Source: Camelus dromedarius (lineage: Eukaryota). Taken from it: a stretch of DNA of 64,000 nucleotides. Position numbers and translations under genes: made by a program. Each line of letters starts with the position of its first letter. Position 1 is the first letter of the stretch. The notes below the pieces were generated by a model. That model saw only the letters and a list, made by a program, of their open reading frames with translations. It did no database searches and was not told where the DNA came from. Shown piece by piece: positions 41,291 to 52,440 of the stretch. Where the stretch lies: contig NC_087437.1 of assembly GCF_036321535.1 (NCBI RefSeq), positions 60,328,001-60,392,000 of the forward strand. Reading direction: 5' to 3'.

Positions 41291-41904
41291 GGTCACTTCA
41301 ATAATTCTCAACACCATTCCTCTTCTTGCAGCCTAAGCTGACATAAGTGTTTTTGACAGCATCAAGTCCTTTCCTTTTAGTGATTCCCTTGGCAGAGGAA
41401 GCACACTGCCACTCTGCCAGTCTGAGAATTAAAGATGCAGTAGAGTCTGGCAGGACCCAAGTACCTTTACAGAAGATAGGCTGGGGATCTGGATGGTGGA
41501 GAGAACAAAGACAGAGATGAGGAGCAATAAGAGTGGCTTGCATAGAAGGATTATTGGGAACGGAAGGTTTAAAACTGAGAGACAGTATTTTTTGAGAATG
41601 AAATCTCTGACATCTCAGTAGAATGGGAGACTTGAGCCTTTCCCTGTGGTCCTTTGACTCCTAAGCCTTTTAAGCTATTTGAAAGGAAAATGAACTTACG
41701 GCTGGAAAATTTATACCTTTATTATTATTTTATTATTATTATTATTTTTATTTTTATTTTTAATGAGGAGGTTGGAAAAGTAATCAGATCCCATATTGGT
41801 TCTTAGTCGATGGCAGCTGCTACCTGCATATAGTAAGGAAGGCTTCAAGGAAATAAAAGTTGTTTGGAAAAATCCAGATGTCATTGATTTGTATGTTGTG
41901 ATGA

Positions 41905-42424
41905 TATGGTAGCCAGCCTCTAAGAGGGCCCCTAATGATTCTTACCTCCTATCCCCTTGAGGCTGACCTAAGTAACTAATAGGATATTGTGGAAATGATA
42001 GAATATTACTTCCGAGATTAGGTCATCAAAGATGTTGTGGCTGCGGCCTTGCTCTTTTGGAACACTTGCTCTGGAGGAAGTCAGCCACCATGCATGAAGA
42101 CAATCAAGCAGCCCTATAGATAGAACTTCTTGGTGAGAAATTGAGGTCTCCTGCCAACAGTCAGAATCGACTTACTAGCCATAGGAGGGAGCCATGTTGA
42201 AAGAGCCTCCTTTAATCCTAGTTAAGCCTTCAGATGACCGCAGCCCTTGTAGACATCTTGAGTGCAATCTCCCCAAGGCAGAACCATCCAGCTAAGGTTC
42301 TTCTGAATTTCTGACTCACAGAAACTGTGAGATAATGCTTATTGCTGTTTTAATTACTAAGCTACTGAGTTTTAAGCTACTAAGCTTTGAGGAAATTGTT
42401 ATGCAGCTATAGGTAACTAATACA
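41905..42424 (+). mobile_element. MaLR solo LTR (MLT1E/F-like)
   Basis: tatggtagccagcctctaagagggcccctaatgatt...tctgactcacagaaactgtgagataat...ttgttatgcagctataggtaactaataCA; 5-bp TSD GATGA/GATGG. Confidence 0.85.
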
Positions 42425-44131
42425 GATGGATAGAAGAGAGGAACGAAGAGTAAAGGCCCCTCATCCTGGGCCTGGACTTGTCCTGGCCCCCAAGTTTAAA
42501 ACAAATGCTAGCTTCACTCCTATCTGTGCACTGATGACCACATAGGGCTAGAAAATGATAAGAAGGAAGGGCTTCATGTCCTCTTGTCTCCCTTTCCTCC
42601 TCCCCCTTCTCTTTGTTTTTAGGGAAGGACTAGGATGACATTGAGAATTCATACAAGTTTGTTTTTGACTTTCAGTGGCCCCTGGGAAAAGCTGCACTGG
42701 ACTTTATCCATTTGTTACTGCAGGTTCTTGAGAGCAGGTCTTGGATCTTTATTTCTATCCCATTCCCTGGCAAGTGAACATACATGAGCAATGAATGATA
42801 GTAGGGGGCAGGTGAAATCCCTCCCTCCTTCTCCTAAATTCTGAAGATTCTATTCTCAGAATGGTCCCTTAAGCAGAACCATTTCATTCACAGTTCATCA
42901 ATGAAGTCTTGATACTAATAGCATGCTATGTCATCAGCCATTTTCACTGTTATCCACCACCCCTCATTTCACTATTTTAAAACATCTCTCTATTTAAGCT
43001 CCTCACCTTTAAGAGCTTTCTTCTACTTTTCCATCCCAATTCTCTGAAATGTCGCTTAACTGTTGCTAATGCTCCCATGATGCAGGAGAGCATAAAGAGA
43101 TATGCTGCTAATATACCAACATGCTACTGTCAAGTTGTCCAAAATCACAGTGGAAGGAGCCCTGGACTGAAGCCAGGAAACCTAATTCTGGGTTACTGTC
43201 ACTGATTAGCCTTTATATCCTTGGACAAGTTGCTTCTCCTGGACCTCGCTTTATCTTAAACTGCGAGTGGGTCTAGACGAACTCTGTAAAGTCTCTGGGT
43301 TCTCACAAGTCAGGATTCCAAGGTGCAATGCAAAAGTGAAACCCAGTGGTCAGCACACCTCTCAGCAACTGTTACAGTTACAGTACAAGGTTCCCAGGAC
43401 GTCCCTTTATTAGCCCAAGGAAACTGTCTTGGTGAAAGGCTGGTTTACTAGGAAGAGACTTCTGGTTTTGAAAGACACGATCTCTGTGTTTCCAGTTTTA
43501 TTACTAACTCTGGGTGACCTTAGGCAAATTTTCTCTGAAGCTCAGAACAGGGAGGTCCCTGTTACACAGAAGAGAATTGAACCTGGGCAGTTACTTGGAG
43601 AGCTTTTCCCGATTCTCTTTCGTCAACCTGGGCGGCTCAGTCCTGGAGCAGGGTCCTGGCCGGCCAGTAGTCCGCTCCCAGGTGCAATCAAAACTTAAAA
43701 CTAGCCTTGCCAGCTGAGTTACGGCTCGGCTTGAGTTTGGGTGGCGGAAGCTACAGGTGAGTTCTTAAAGAGGCCGCTAGGGCTTGGGTAATACTTGAGG
43801 CTGATGACTGGACGGGGGTTGCAGGCAAGGAGGAATGTATGAGTGACTGAAAGAAGGAACAGATTTTTCTCTTCCCGTCCTCAAATGCATTCACACTTGG
43901 AATTAATCACTTAGACCTAAAAATCCTCTAGTAAAACCCTCAAACTTTTATCAAATTAACCAATTCTTCCTATTTTACCTACCCTTCTTTAATTCAATCC
44001 CAGCCCCCCTCCAAACTTTTACTGAGGGGCTAACAGTCAGTTTAAAAAAATTAGTACAAAGTGTAAGAGTGCAGAGACGGCACTCCCCCTACCCCCAGGC
44101 CCACACTCCTCCCTCTTCCCCCCTCCAGGCT

Positions 44132-44147
44132 CCGCCCTTTCCCGCCC
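44132..44147. promoter_or_regulatory. Two GC boxes (CCGCCC) with an overlapping E2F site (TTTCCCGC)
   Basis: CCGCCC at 44132-44137 and 44142-44147; TTTCCCGC at 44138-44145; about 90 bp upstream of the 5'-UTR exon. Motif match only. Confidence 0.55.
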
Positions 44148-44234
44148 CTTATCGTGGGTGGCACAGTCGACTCCTCCCCGAGAACGCTTTTCCAGATTGG
44201 GGATCCACCCCCGGGGGCACACTTATGCCGTGGA

Positions 44235-44392
44235 GTTGAAAACAGCACGTGTTTAGTGGGGTTAAAGGGTGTGTTGGGATGAGTGTCCTGGATCTGGTGT
44301 AGGTGAGGTCACGTCTCTCGACACCCTGACCCTACCAGGCCTGGCGCGCTACTCGCTCAGAACCGGGGGACACACCGGTGGGCTAGGGCAAG
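44235..44392 (+). other. DLG1: DLG1 non-coding 5'-UTR exon (start approximate)
   Basis: Ends ...ccggtgggctagggcAAG|GTAAAA. The sequence resembles my recollection of the human DLG1 cDNA leader (GGATCTGGTGTAG...GGTGGGCTAGGGCAAG joined to GTGTGTGCCCTCTTCCTGATTC), and the latter is the start of the exon at 45609. Confidence 0.75.
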
Positions 44393-44624
44393 GTAAAAGC
44401 GGGCTCTTCCAGGGCCCCTCGGACCACCTGTAGAGTCTGAGTGTCAAGTCCTTTGTCCTCAGAGCCACTTCGGTAGCCGCCCATTTAAGCGAGGAGGTTC
44501 ACTTGGGTGCTCCCTGGTTTCCTCTTCGCGTTCCCCAACCCCCCTCCTGGTCCTCCTCCTCCTTCCAACCCAAAGGTAGCAGCGCTGAGAGCCCGGGGCT
44601 CGGCGCGAGCCGCCTCCTCACTTC

Positions 44625-44695
44625 CCATTGGCTGAGAGCGCCGGGAAAGCGGTCACGTGGGGGCGCGGCAGTCCAGCTCCAGGGCCGCCATCTTG
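44625..44695 (-). promoter_or_regulatory. NF-Y CCAAT box, E-box and YY1 site cluster
   Basis: AGCCAATGG on the - strand (ATTGG at 44627-44631); GGTCACGTGG at 44651-44660 (USF/MiT-type E-box); GCCGCCATCTTG at 44684-44695, which is the full YY1 consensus CAAGATGGCGGC on the - strand. Confidence 0.65.
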
Positions 44696-45639
44696 GCGGA
44701 AAGTTTAGAGGGAGAGCGGTTGGGGGCGCGGAAGGAGGCGAGGTTCCGGGGGTGGGGCGGCTAGGCTAGGAGCGGGCTAGCGGGCTTGCGGGCTTCGGCG
44801 AGTGAGGAGGCGGCGGTGGCCGAGGACGAGGAAGAGGCAGCGGCAGCGGGGGTGCGGCAGCCGAGGGGCGCTCCTCCCCCGTTCCCTCACCCCCCTCAGC
44901 TCAGCTCCTCGAGCCCCGGCGAGGGCGGGGGGACGTGGAGCTGGGTAGGGAGGGGGAGCCGCCCGGAGACCGTCCGGGGCGCACCCCAGCTCCGAGCGCA
45001 CACCACTCGCAGGAACTTTGTGGCGGCGCCGCAGGTGTGGGGGCCCGCGGAGGTGTGCATGTGGGGCGCGAGGGCGTCGCGGAGAGCGGCCGCTGCCCCG
45101 TCCGGCCCCCGCTGGAGTAGCTCGGAGGAAGCGAGCAAGGAGACAGGCAAGCGAGAGGAGGGGGCCCAGGCAGGGCGGGGTGATAAGTCCAGTTGGTCCC
45201 TTCTAGCGCTCTACAGCCGCTGCTGACTTAGGGGCCAAGTATCGGAGCGCCTTTTCATCCCCCCCGTAGCAGGTGGGGAGTATGGATACTTACGCCGGGG
45301 GAGGGGTGGCCCCACGTCAAGACATTTAGTGCCCTTTTGGAGAGGGGGCGGCTTTCGAGGAGAATTTGGAATCTTTCTTCTGTCTGCTCTTAATTTGCAG
45401 GCGTACCTCCCCCTAGGTAAAAGCTTTCTAGATTGATTGACACTGCTGGGTTTTGAGGCTCTTCCTTTTACTTAGGAAAACTTTGCCAGGTGGGCTTTTC
45501 AAATAGGGCTGGGAGTTTTTCGATTTGAGAGTTAGGGGAATTACTAGTTTAACCACCATTCTATTATTTTCTTGAGTTCTGTTTCCTTTCTGTTTTATGT
45601 TCGTAAAGGTGTGTGCCCTCTTCCTGATTCTGAAGAAAA

Positions 45640-45658
45640 ATGCCGGTCCGGAAGCAAG
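45640..45658 (+). CDS. DLG1: DLG1 first coding segment (MPVRKQ + G), in a 50-nt exon 45609-45658
   Basis: ATG CCG GTC CGG AAG CAA G followed by donor GTGAGA at 45659. Acceptor ...ttttatgttcgtaaAG ends at 45608. A at -3 of the ATG; in-frame TGA at 45625 and 45631 upstream. MPVRKQD is the known N-terminus of beta-SAP97/DLG1. Confidence 0.97.
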
Positions 45659-46332
45659 GTGAGAATTTATGTAGGAATTCTTTTGTGTCATTTGTTTTTC
45701 TGTGTGTTTTGTTCTAAAGATGTTTGTGTAACTGATGAGATAGCACAGCCCTAGCCTTAATACTTAGGGAATCAGCCTTCCATCATTTCAAAAGATGGAA
45801 ACACCTAAATGTTTGTCAAACTTTTTTTCTTGACGTCTCTCTGGTGACTGGAGAGGCAGTTAACTTTTTTCCTCTGAAATGTCTTTTTAAAAATTCTGTA
45901 TTGGTGTTTCAGTATTTCACTTTATCATTCTTACTAAATACTATTTTGTAAGTGAATGTGGGATACTGGCTAAGAATTAGTCGTTTTGGAACACTTAATA
46001 TTTGGATTATAATGACAGGTTGTAGATAATCTGCTTTTGTATATCAGTATCAGCTGGAACTGTTACTAATACTTTGATAAAATGATCTTTTTTGTAGTAG
46101 ACTACTAGTACATGCTTATTACGAACTGTTCACCTTTATCTACTGTGATGTGTTTACAATTTTTTGGATCATTCTAGGGAATATATATGTGTATATGAAC
46201 AGAGTAGCATGGATTGATACGGAGGATTTGGGAGCTGTTTAGATATCTTGCAGAATCATTTGCTGCATAGCTAGTGTGTAGTACTTTCTTGTATATATGT
46301 AATTTTAATCAGACTTTTTTTTTTTTCTTCAG

Positions 46333-46464
46333 ATACCCAGAGAGCATTGCACCTTTTGGAAGATTATCGTTCAAAACTAAGCCAAACTGAAGACAGACAG
46401 CTCAGAAGTTCCATAGAACGAGTCATTAACATATTTCAGAGCAACCTCTTTCAGGCTTTAATAG
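46333..46464 (+). CDS. DLG1: DLG1 coding exon, L27 domain (D7-I50: [44 protein letters not shown])
   Basis: Poly-T tract and cttcAG acceptor ending 46332; 132-nt open phase1-phase1 exon; donor GTGGGA at 46465. Translation matches the DLG1 L27 domain. Confidence 0.98.
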
Positions 46465-49400
46465 GTGGGAATTAAAACTTTGTGACCATTGTGTGTCAGT
46501 TAGGCCTAATGCTTCTCTGAATTCATTTATTTTAAACTTAAGAGAGTGTTATACTTGGTACTCTGTGAGGCATTCAGTAACTTGAACATCCAGGGAGTTG
46601 TGTATTTTGATACTTAGGCCAGTTTCCTTTCCAAAAGTATCAAATAACAAAAAAAAAAAAAAAAAAACCTTTCAGTATGATTATTTCAGTGGTCTTTGAT
46701 AAGAGTTTCCCATCCTAGCATTAAAAGATGAAGTTACAAAAATGTTTTAGGACCCAAAAAGTAATGACTGAATAACTGTTAGCTTGTTTCTGTATTTGAC
46801 TTGTATTTCTCTAGAGTCCCTAAAAATGTTTGAAGAGTTCTGCTATGGATTCATTCCCTTAATATAGATCTCTGTTTGAACTTGGCATTTGTGGAGTCAG
46901 AATTTTAGACCTGGAAAATGATCTTAGAGATGATCTTGTCAAATCTTATTTTACAGAGAAAAATATTGATACAGAATTTTATTCTTAACTGTAACTTAAA
47001 TTTGAGATGGTGCGTTGTTTTAAAGGAGAACTTGACAAAAATTGAAGAGTGCTGAATTCTGTTCCTAATAGTGCCATTGATTAAATGATATAGTACAAGT
47101 AATTTAATCTTTTCTAAGTCACTTTATTAGCTGTAGCATGTGGGTGCAATGGAACAGTGGTTTTTAAGCATTTTTCTAAAAAGTAGCAAGATCCTTTTTT
47201 AAGCAAAATCTTAAAATTTGTACACAATCCCCAGTATATAAAAATGGGTAATCTGTCTCTGGCCGTCTCCCCTACGTACCTTGAAAAGTGTACAAACTAA
47301 TGAACTGGAAAATTTGTCCCTTTCAATTCTAAGAATGAAATGTATTTTTATTAGTCATTGACTGTATAACATATTAAAATGGGACATACACTTCATTGCA
47401 TTACAGTTTTTTCCTTAGTCACTTCCTAGTAGTTACAGCCTTATTTCTGTTGATAGAGTAACTTTTGATGTGATTTGAGGACTACATTCAATTAGTGTAT
47501 CATGTCAGATAACTTACTGGTAAATTGGTACTCTACTAAATTAGTTTTAGAATTAAAGAAAACCTTAAAGAAGATCACTCAATACACCTGAATAATTTTT
47601 AAAAATTTAGTATTATTATAGACTTTTAGAAACATATACAATAGAGAGAACAGTATAATGAACTGCTATATATGTCACCCATCTTCAGAAATTACCAACA
47701 TTTTGTGGTAATTTTTTGTTTAAACTTTTGGACGTTTTTTAAACCTGAATTTTTAAGCTCGAGGTTTAAGGTCCAAATGGATGATCAAATTGGATTCCTC
47801 TGAAAAAACAAGAATGAAAGGAAAAATCATTTTTAATTATTTAGTTTTCTAAATCAACATTAAAGCTAGAAATGTTTTATTTAGAAGGGTTACTGTTTAG
47901 GAAAAAAATAGTGTGACTTGTACATCTTCTTTTACATATAGACATAGACTTAAATAGATGGACTCCTCTGTGTGGAATCTGTGACATAAGAAAATTAAAT
48001 TAGTGAAGTAACCACACAGAATCTACACTTAGATTTCTTCATAGATTGGAGGTAGTTTTGCTGAGTTTGGGAGGATTTTTTTTTGTAATGTAGTCTGTCT
48101 TGCCTGTTTTGAATGTGTTTATTCTTATTCATAATTAAATTCTGATAGAGTTTTCTAATTCTGAGTTATATTTGTGAATCTTCTTTGTTCTGTATAATTT
48201 TATTGATTGTGAATTTACTTTGATATTTAGATTTAAAGTTTTATAGATTGGTGGTGTCAGATTTTGGTGTAAGAAAAGTAATAGATTTTAGAAATTTTGA
48301 AACGGGTAAATTTAGTAGAGTTTTTTTTGTGTGTTTTCATACTATAATTAAATTAATTGTTGACACTACTAAATAATAAATGCATTTTTTGTGTGTGCTG
48401 AAATTGGGTTAATTTATTAACCTTTATTGCTTTTCTTTGAAAATCTTTAGGTCAGTAAGATTTTTTTGCTTTGCATTGTTTTGAAACAGCGTGGTAATGT
48501 ACTTAAGCTCGTAAATTAGCCTAAGCTAAACTATAGTCCATTGTTCATAGTATGTACTGAAAAATTCTGGGTTAACCGTTTTTTCCTTTAGTAGGTAACA
48601 TTTTATCCTCTGAGCTGATGTCTGTGGACCATTGGATTAAAGGAAACATGGGTCTTGGCCATCTGATTGTTTGAAAGGCATGTGGTGCTTAGGTTCTTGA
48701 CTTGCAGAGTTTGAAAATCATTTCCTTAGGCTATAGTGAATTATCTAATTACTTCTTTGGATTTGCAGTCTGCATCAATTATTTATTGATTGATTCCTTG
48801 AATTGGTAGTTTGTATCGACTGTTTTCCTGCGTTTAAAAAAACTGTGTAAGGCCCTAGAACTTTTGGTGTTATAGAGATGATTTTTTTTCTCCCTCCCTT
48901 TGTAGTTGCTATATTACTAAGATAAGGTTCCTGGTACCTTGAGGATATTCAGAGGAAGGAACAAGCATGCACATACTGCATTACATCTGTTTTAAGATAC
49001 TAATATTTAAATATTTTAATACCTCTGAATTTGGGATTCATTTTATAACATGTATATTGGCATTGGTGTTACATTCTTAGTGGCATGAGAAATAATGGTG
49101 CATTTTATAATTGATATTCTGAATGTCAGTATCCTCAGTGAAATAAGACAATCATTGTTCTAGCTCTGATGCTTGGTGGTATCCTTGAAGGATGGCTTGA
49201 AGATTGAAAAATTGTTGAAAGCAATGAATTTTTTACAAACTTTTGAGTTTCAGCTAAGTTGTTTATTTAGAGCTGAATATTTAAATTGTAGCTTTAAAAG
49301 GGTCCATGAGCTATATATTTGTTTAAAATTTATTCCCAAATTGGTGATTATTTTTGTATAAATGGGAGATAAAGTCTTCCTAATTTTAATCCCTGAATTG

Positions 49401-49949
49401 AAAAGTTCTTATATTTGATTTTGTATTCTCATTTTCTATACTTATATTTGAAAATTTTATGAGTAAAGTAGATTGGATATGGTTTGATAACAGTCAAAGC
49501 TCTGGTGTTCAGGTCTTAGTGGTTTAAGGTCATTTCTGATTCTTAGGTTTGTCTGCAGTCTGACAGGACCTTCCTTGGTAGTCCTCAAAGATTTCGTATC
49601 AGTCTAGACCTCCTGGGTTTATTTATGGGATCAGAGAACTCATCTACTTTCCTTCTGCACAGGAAGAAACGCTGGACTCAGTATCAGGTTGGCCTTAGAG
49701 ACTTTAGTGAGTTGAGTCACATGATTTGTGTATTTTGTCCGTGATAAATAGCAAGCTTATTTTAATGCACTGTTTTATCATAGTTCTGCAGGTATTTCAG
49801 AATGAAGATGGGTTATATAATAACACTGTCAATTTCTGAGTTTTTTTTGGCTTCTGATTCATTTGTTGCTACTTTGTTAAATGATAATTTCCCTTATAAA
49901 CATGGTAAAGGACATTTAAGTTTGGAAATACTGGGTTTTAAAAGTGCGA

Positions 49950-50705
49950 CTCTTTTTAATTGTAAAAAACATAAAATCTATCATCTTAACCATTTTTAAA
50001 CATTAAAAATGTTTTCTTAAGGTCAGTAGTGTTAAGTATATTCATATTGTTGTGTAACAATTTGGAACTTTTTCATCTTGCAAAACTGAAACTCAGTATC
50101 TATTAAACAACAGCTCCCCTTTTCCTCCTCCCTCCAGCTCTTAGTAGCCACCATTCTACTTTCTGTCTCTCATTTTGACTACTGTAAATACCTTATATAA
50201 GAGAACTCATATAAAGTATTGTCTTTTTGTGATTGTCTTATTTTACTTAGCATAATGTCCTTAAGGTTCATTCATGTGGTATCATGTGATAGGATTTCCT
50301 TCCTTATTAAGGCTGAATAATATTCTCTTGTGTGTATATGTGTGTGTGTGCACATATGTAGATGTATATATGTGTCAAATTTTTGTTTATCCATTCATCC
50401 ATTGATAGACATTTGGGTTGTTCTACCTCTTGGCTATTGTGAGCTGTGTTGCTATGAATGTGAGTGTGCAACTATCTCTTTGAGAACCTGCTTTCAGTTC
50501 TTTTGGATATATACCCTGAGTAGGAATGTGGGATCATGTGGTAGTTATATTTTTAATTTTTTGAGGAACTACCATAATGTTTTCCATAGTGGTTGCACCA
50601 TTTTATAATCCTAACAACAGTGCACAAGGGTTCCAATTTCTCCACATCCTTGTCAACACTTGCTATTTTCAGTTTTTGATAGTAGCCATCCTAATGGTTG
50701 TGAAA
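49950..50705 (-). mobile_element. LINE-1 3' fragment (L1MB-like), DLG1 intron
   Basis: agtagtgttaagtatattcatattgttgtg...ttttcatcttgcaaaactgaaactc...ggttccaatttctccacatccttgtcaacacttg. Confidence 0.9.
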
Positions 50706-51599
50706 GTATGGCTTTTTTAACTATGTAAAAAGTAATGATGGCTAACATTTATTGAACTCTTTCTTTGTGCTAATAAAAGTATCTTATTTGGTCATCATAA
50801 TCCTATGAGGTGTATATTCACCTATGAGGTGATTATACCATTTTATAAATTAGAAAACAGAGGCAATGAGAGGTTATGTATCTTGCCCAAGGACCCTCAA
50901 ATAGTAAATTATGGAGCCAGAAATAGGATTCAACTAATCTGAATCCAGAGCCTCTCCTCACATTCAACCATTAGAATGTTCGCTATGGTAAGTTGAATAT
51001 TTTAACACAATAAGGAACACTAACAACAAGCATGTTTAACGTAGATGTCGATCTGTAGGGTCAGTGTTTTTAAAGCACTACTTTAAAAATAGTGTTTACT
51101 TGGAGAATGTTTATAATGATAGAGTGATGTTTATGGTAGAATTTACACATTTTGAAAAGCGTATTTACTTAGTAATCAAAGTTTACAAACTTCCACCTAT
51201 GATGGTTAAATGTCAAAATTTCTTAGATTTTTTTTTGTTTATTTTTGGTCCCAGTGATGTTATACTTTAGTCTATTGCTAACTTTATGCATATGTGCGTG
51301 TGCGTGTAACTTGCAGGCTAGATTTGAGAGGAAAACATTTACAACAGGATGTGGATCAGACTATTGGCTAAAACTTTTTGGAATTGGAAGGAATTTTAAC
51401 TATTTAGTTGGTGGCTTTGATTGAATTGGATTGTTATTTATTTGTTAGTAGTTTTGCTTACTACTATTCTGAAGTGGTGCTTTGATTATGTTGAATCTAG
51501 TTCAATTGTCTTTAGAACCTTATCACAGAGCTGTAAAAGCATCTGTAAATATTTCTTCTAGTCTAAGCTATTTCATCTTTGTAGGGACAGATTTTTTCC

Positions 51600-52440
51600 C
51601 ACTAAATTTTGCCTTTTCAAATTATTTTTCCAGTACACTATTCAGCTATTGCATTTATTTGTCATGTCTCTTTAGTCTCCTTTAATCTGAGCACATTTTC
51701 ATCCTTTGTCTTTTATGATACTGATATTTTTGAAGAATACAGTTCCCCTCTGCTCTTATTTTTTATATACTGTTTCTCATTTTGCTTGTGATTAGACTCA
51801 GGTTATGTATTTTATATGGTTCTGTACATCTAGAGTTACATAATGTCTTCTGCCCTTCATTGGTAATGTTAATTTTGATCACCCAATTAAGGTGTTGTTT
51901 CTCCACTCTAAAGTTACCTTTTTTCCCTTTGTATCTTATAAGCAACATGTGAGGGAGACAGTTTAACACCTTGTACATACCCTGCTCTTTAGCAAAATTT
52001 CCTTCTAGACTTAGCATACATTGATGATGCTTGCCTGAACCAGTTTTTACTATGTTGGAAATAGCAGTTGAAAAATGACAGTTTTTTAAACAGCAGCACT
52101 TCTCTGTAGTCTCCAACTAACACTTGGTATTTTATTGTAATTAAGACCCCTCCTTTCCCACCTGTCTGTCTGTCTATCTGCCTAGCTAGCTATCATATTT
52201 CTTCAGTGGTTGATAATTTATTACCATCCTTAATGACTTTGGTGTTTATATTGTCTCAGATTTACCTAGTGGAAGCCTTCTCAAACTTGTTCTTGGTCCT
52301 TATGACATGCCCTTATCTTTTTTTTTTTTTTAAGCACTTTCTTACTTTTTGTCAAAACAAGGTATTTCAGGTTCATCTTGTACACATCCTGCCCTAGCCT
52401 TAGAATCAACCATTTCTTTGAGAAGCTTTGGTTTGTTTTG
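51600..52440 (-). mobile_element. LINE-1 3' fragment (L1MC-like), DLG1 intron
   Basis: gtcatgtctctttagtctcctttaatctg...gattagactcaggttatg...cctgccctagccttagaatcaaccatttc. Confidence 0.7.

Larger units (their letters stand above)
44080..45360. promoter_or_regulatory. DLG1: CpG island / TATA-less promoter of DLG1
   Basis: Sharp rise in GC and CpG content, densest 44580-45330, in an otherwise CpG-depleted window, directly upstream of the first coding exon. Confidence 0.93.

Noticed and set aside
44786..45226. 146-aa ORF and overlapping ORFs in the CpG island
   Set aside because: Non-ATG start, low-complexity A/G/P/R content typical of stop-poor GC-rich DNA. In-frame TGA codons at 45625 and 45631 rule out an N-terminal extension of DLG1.
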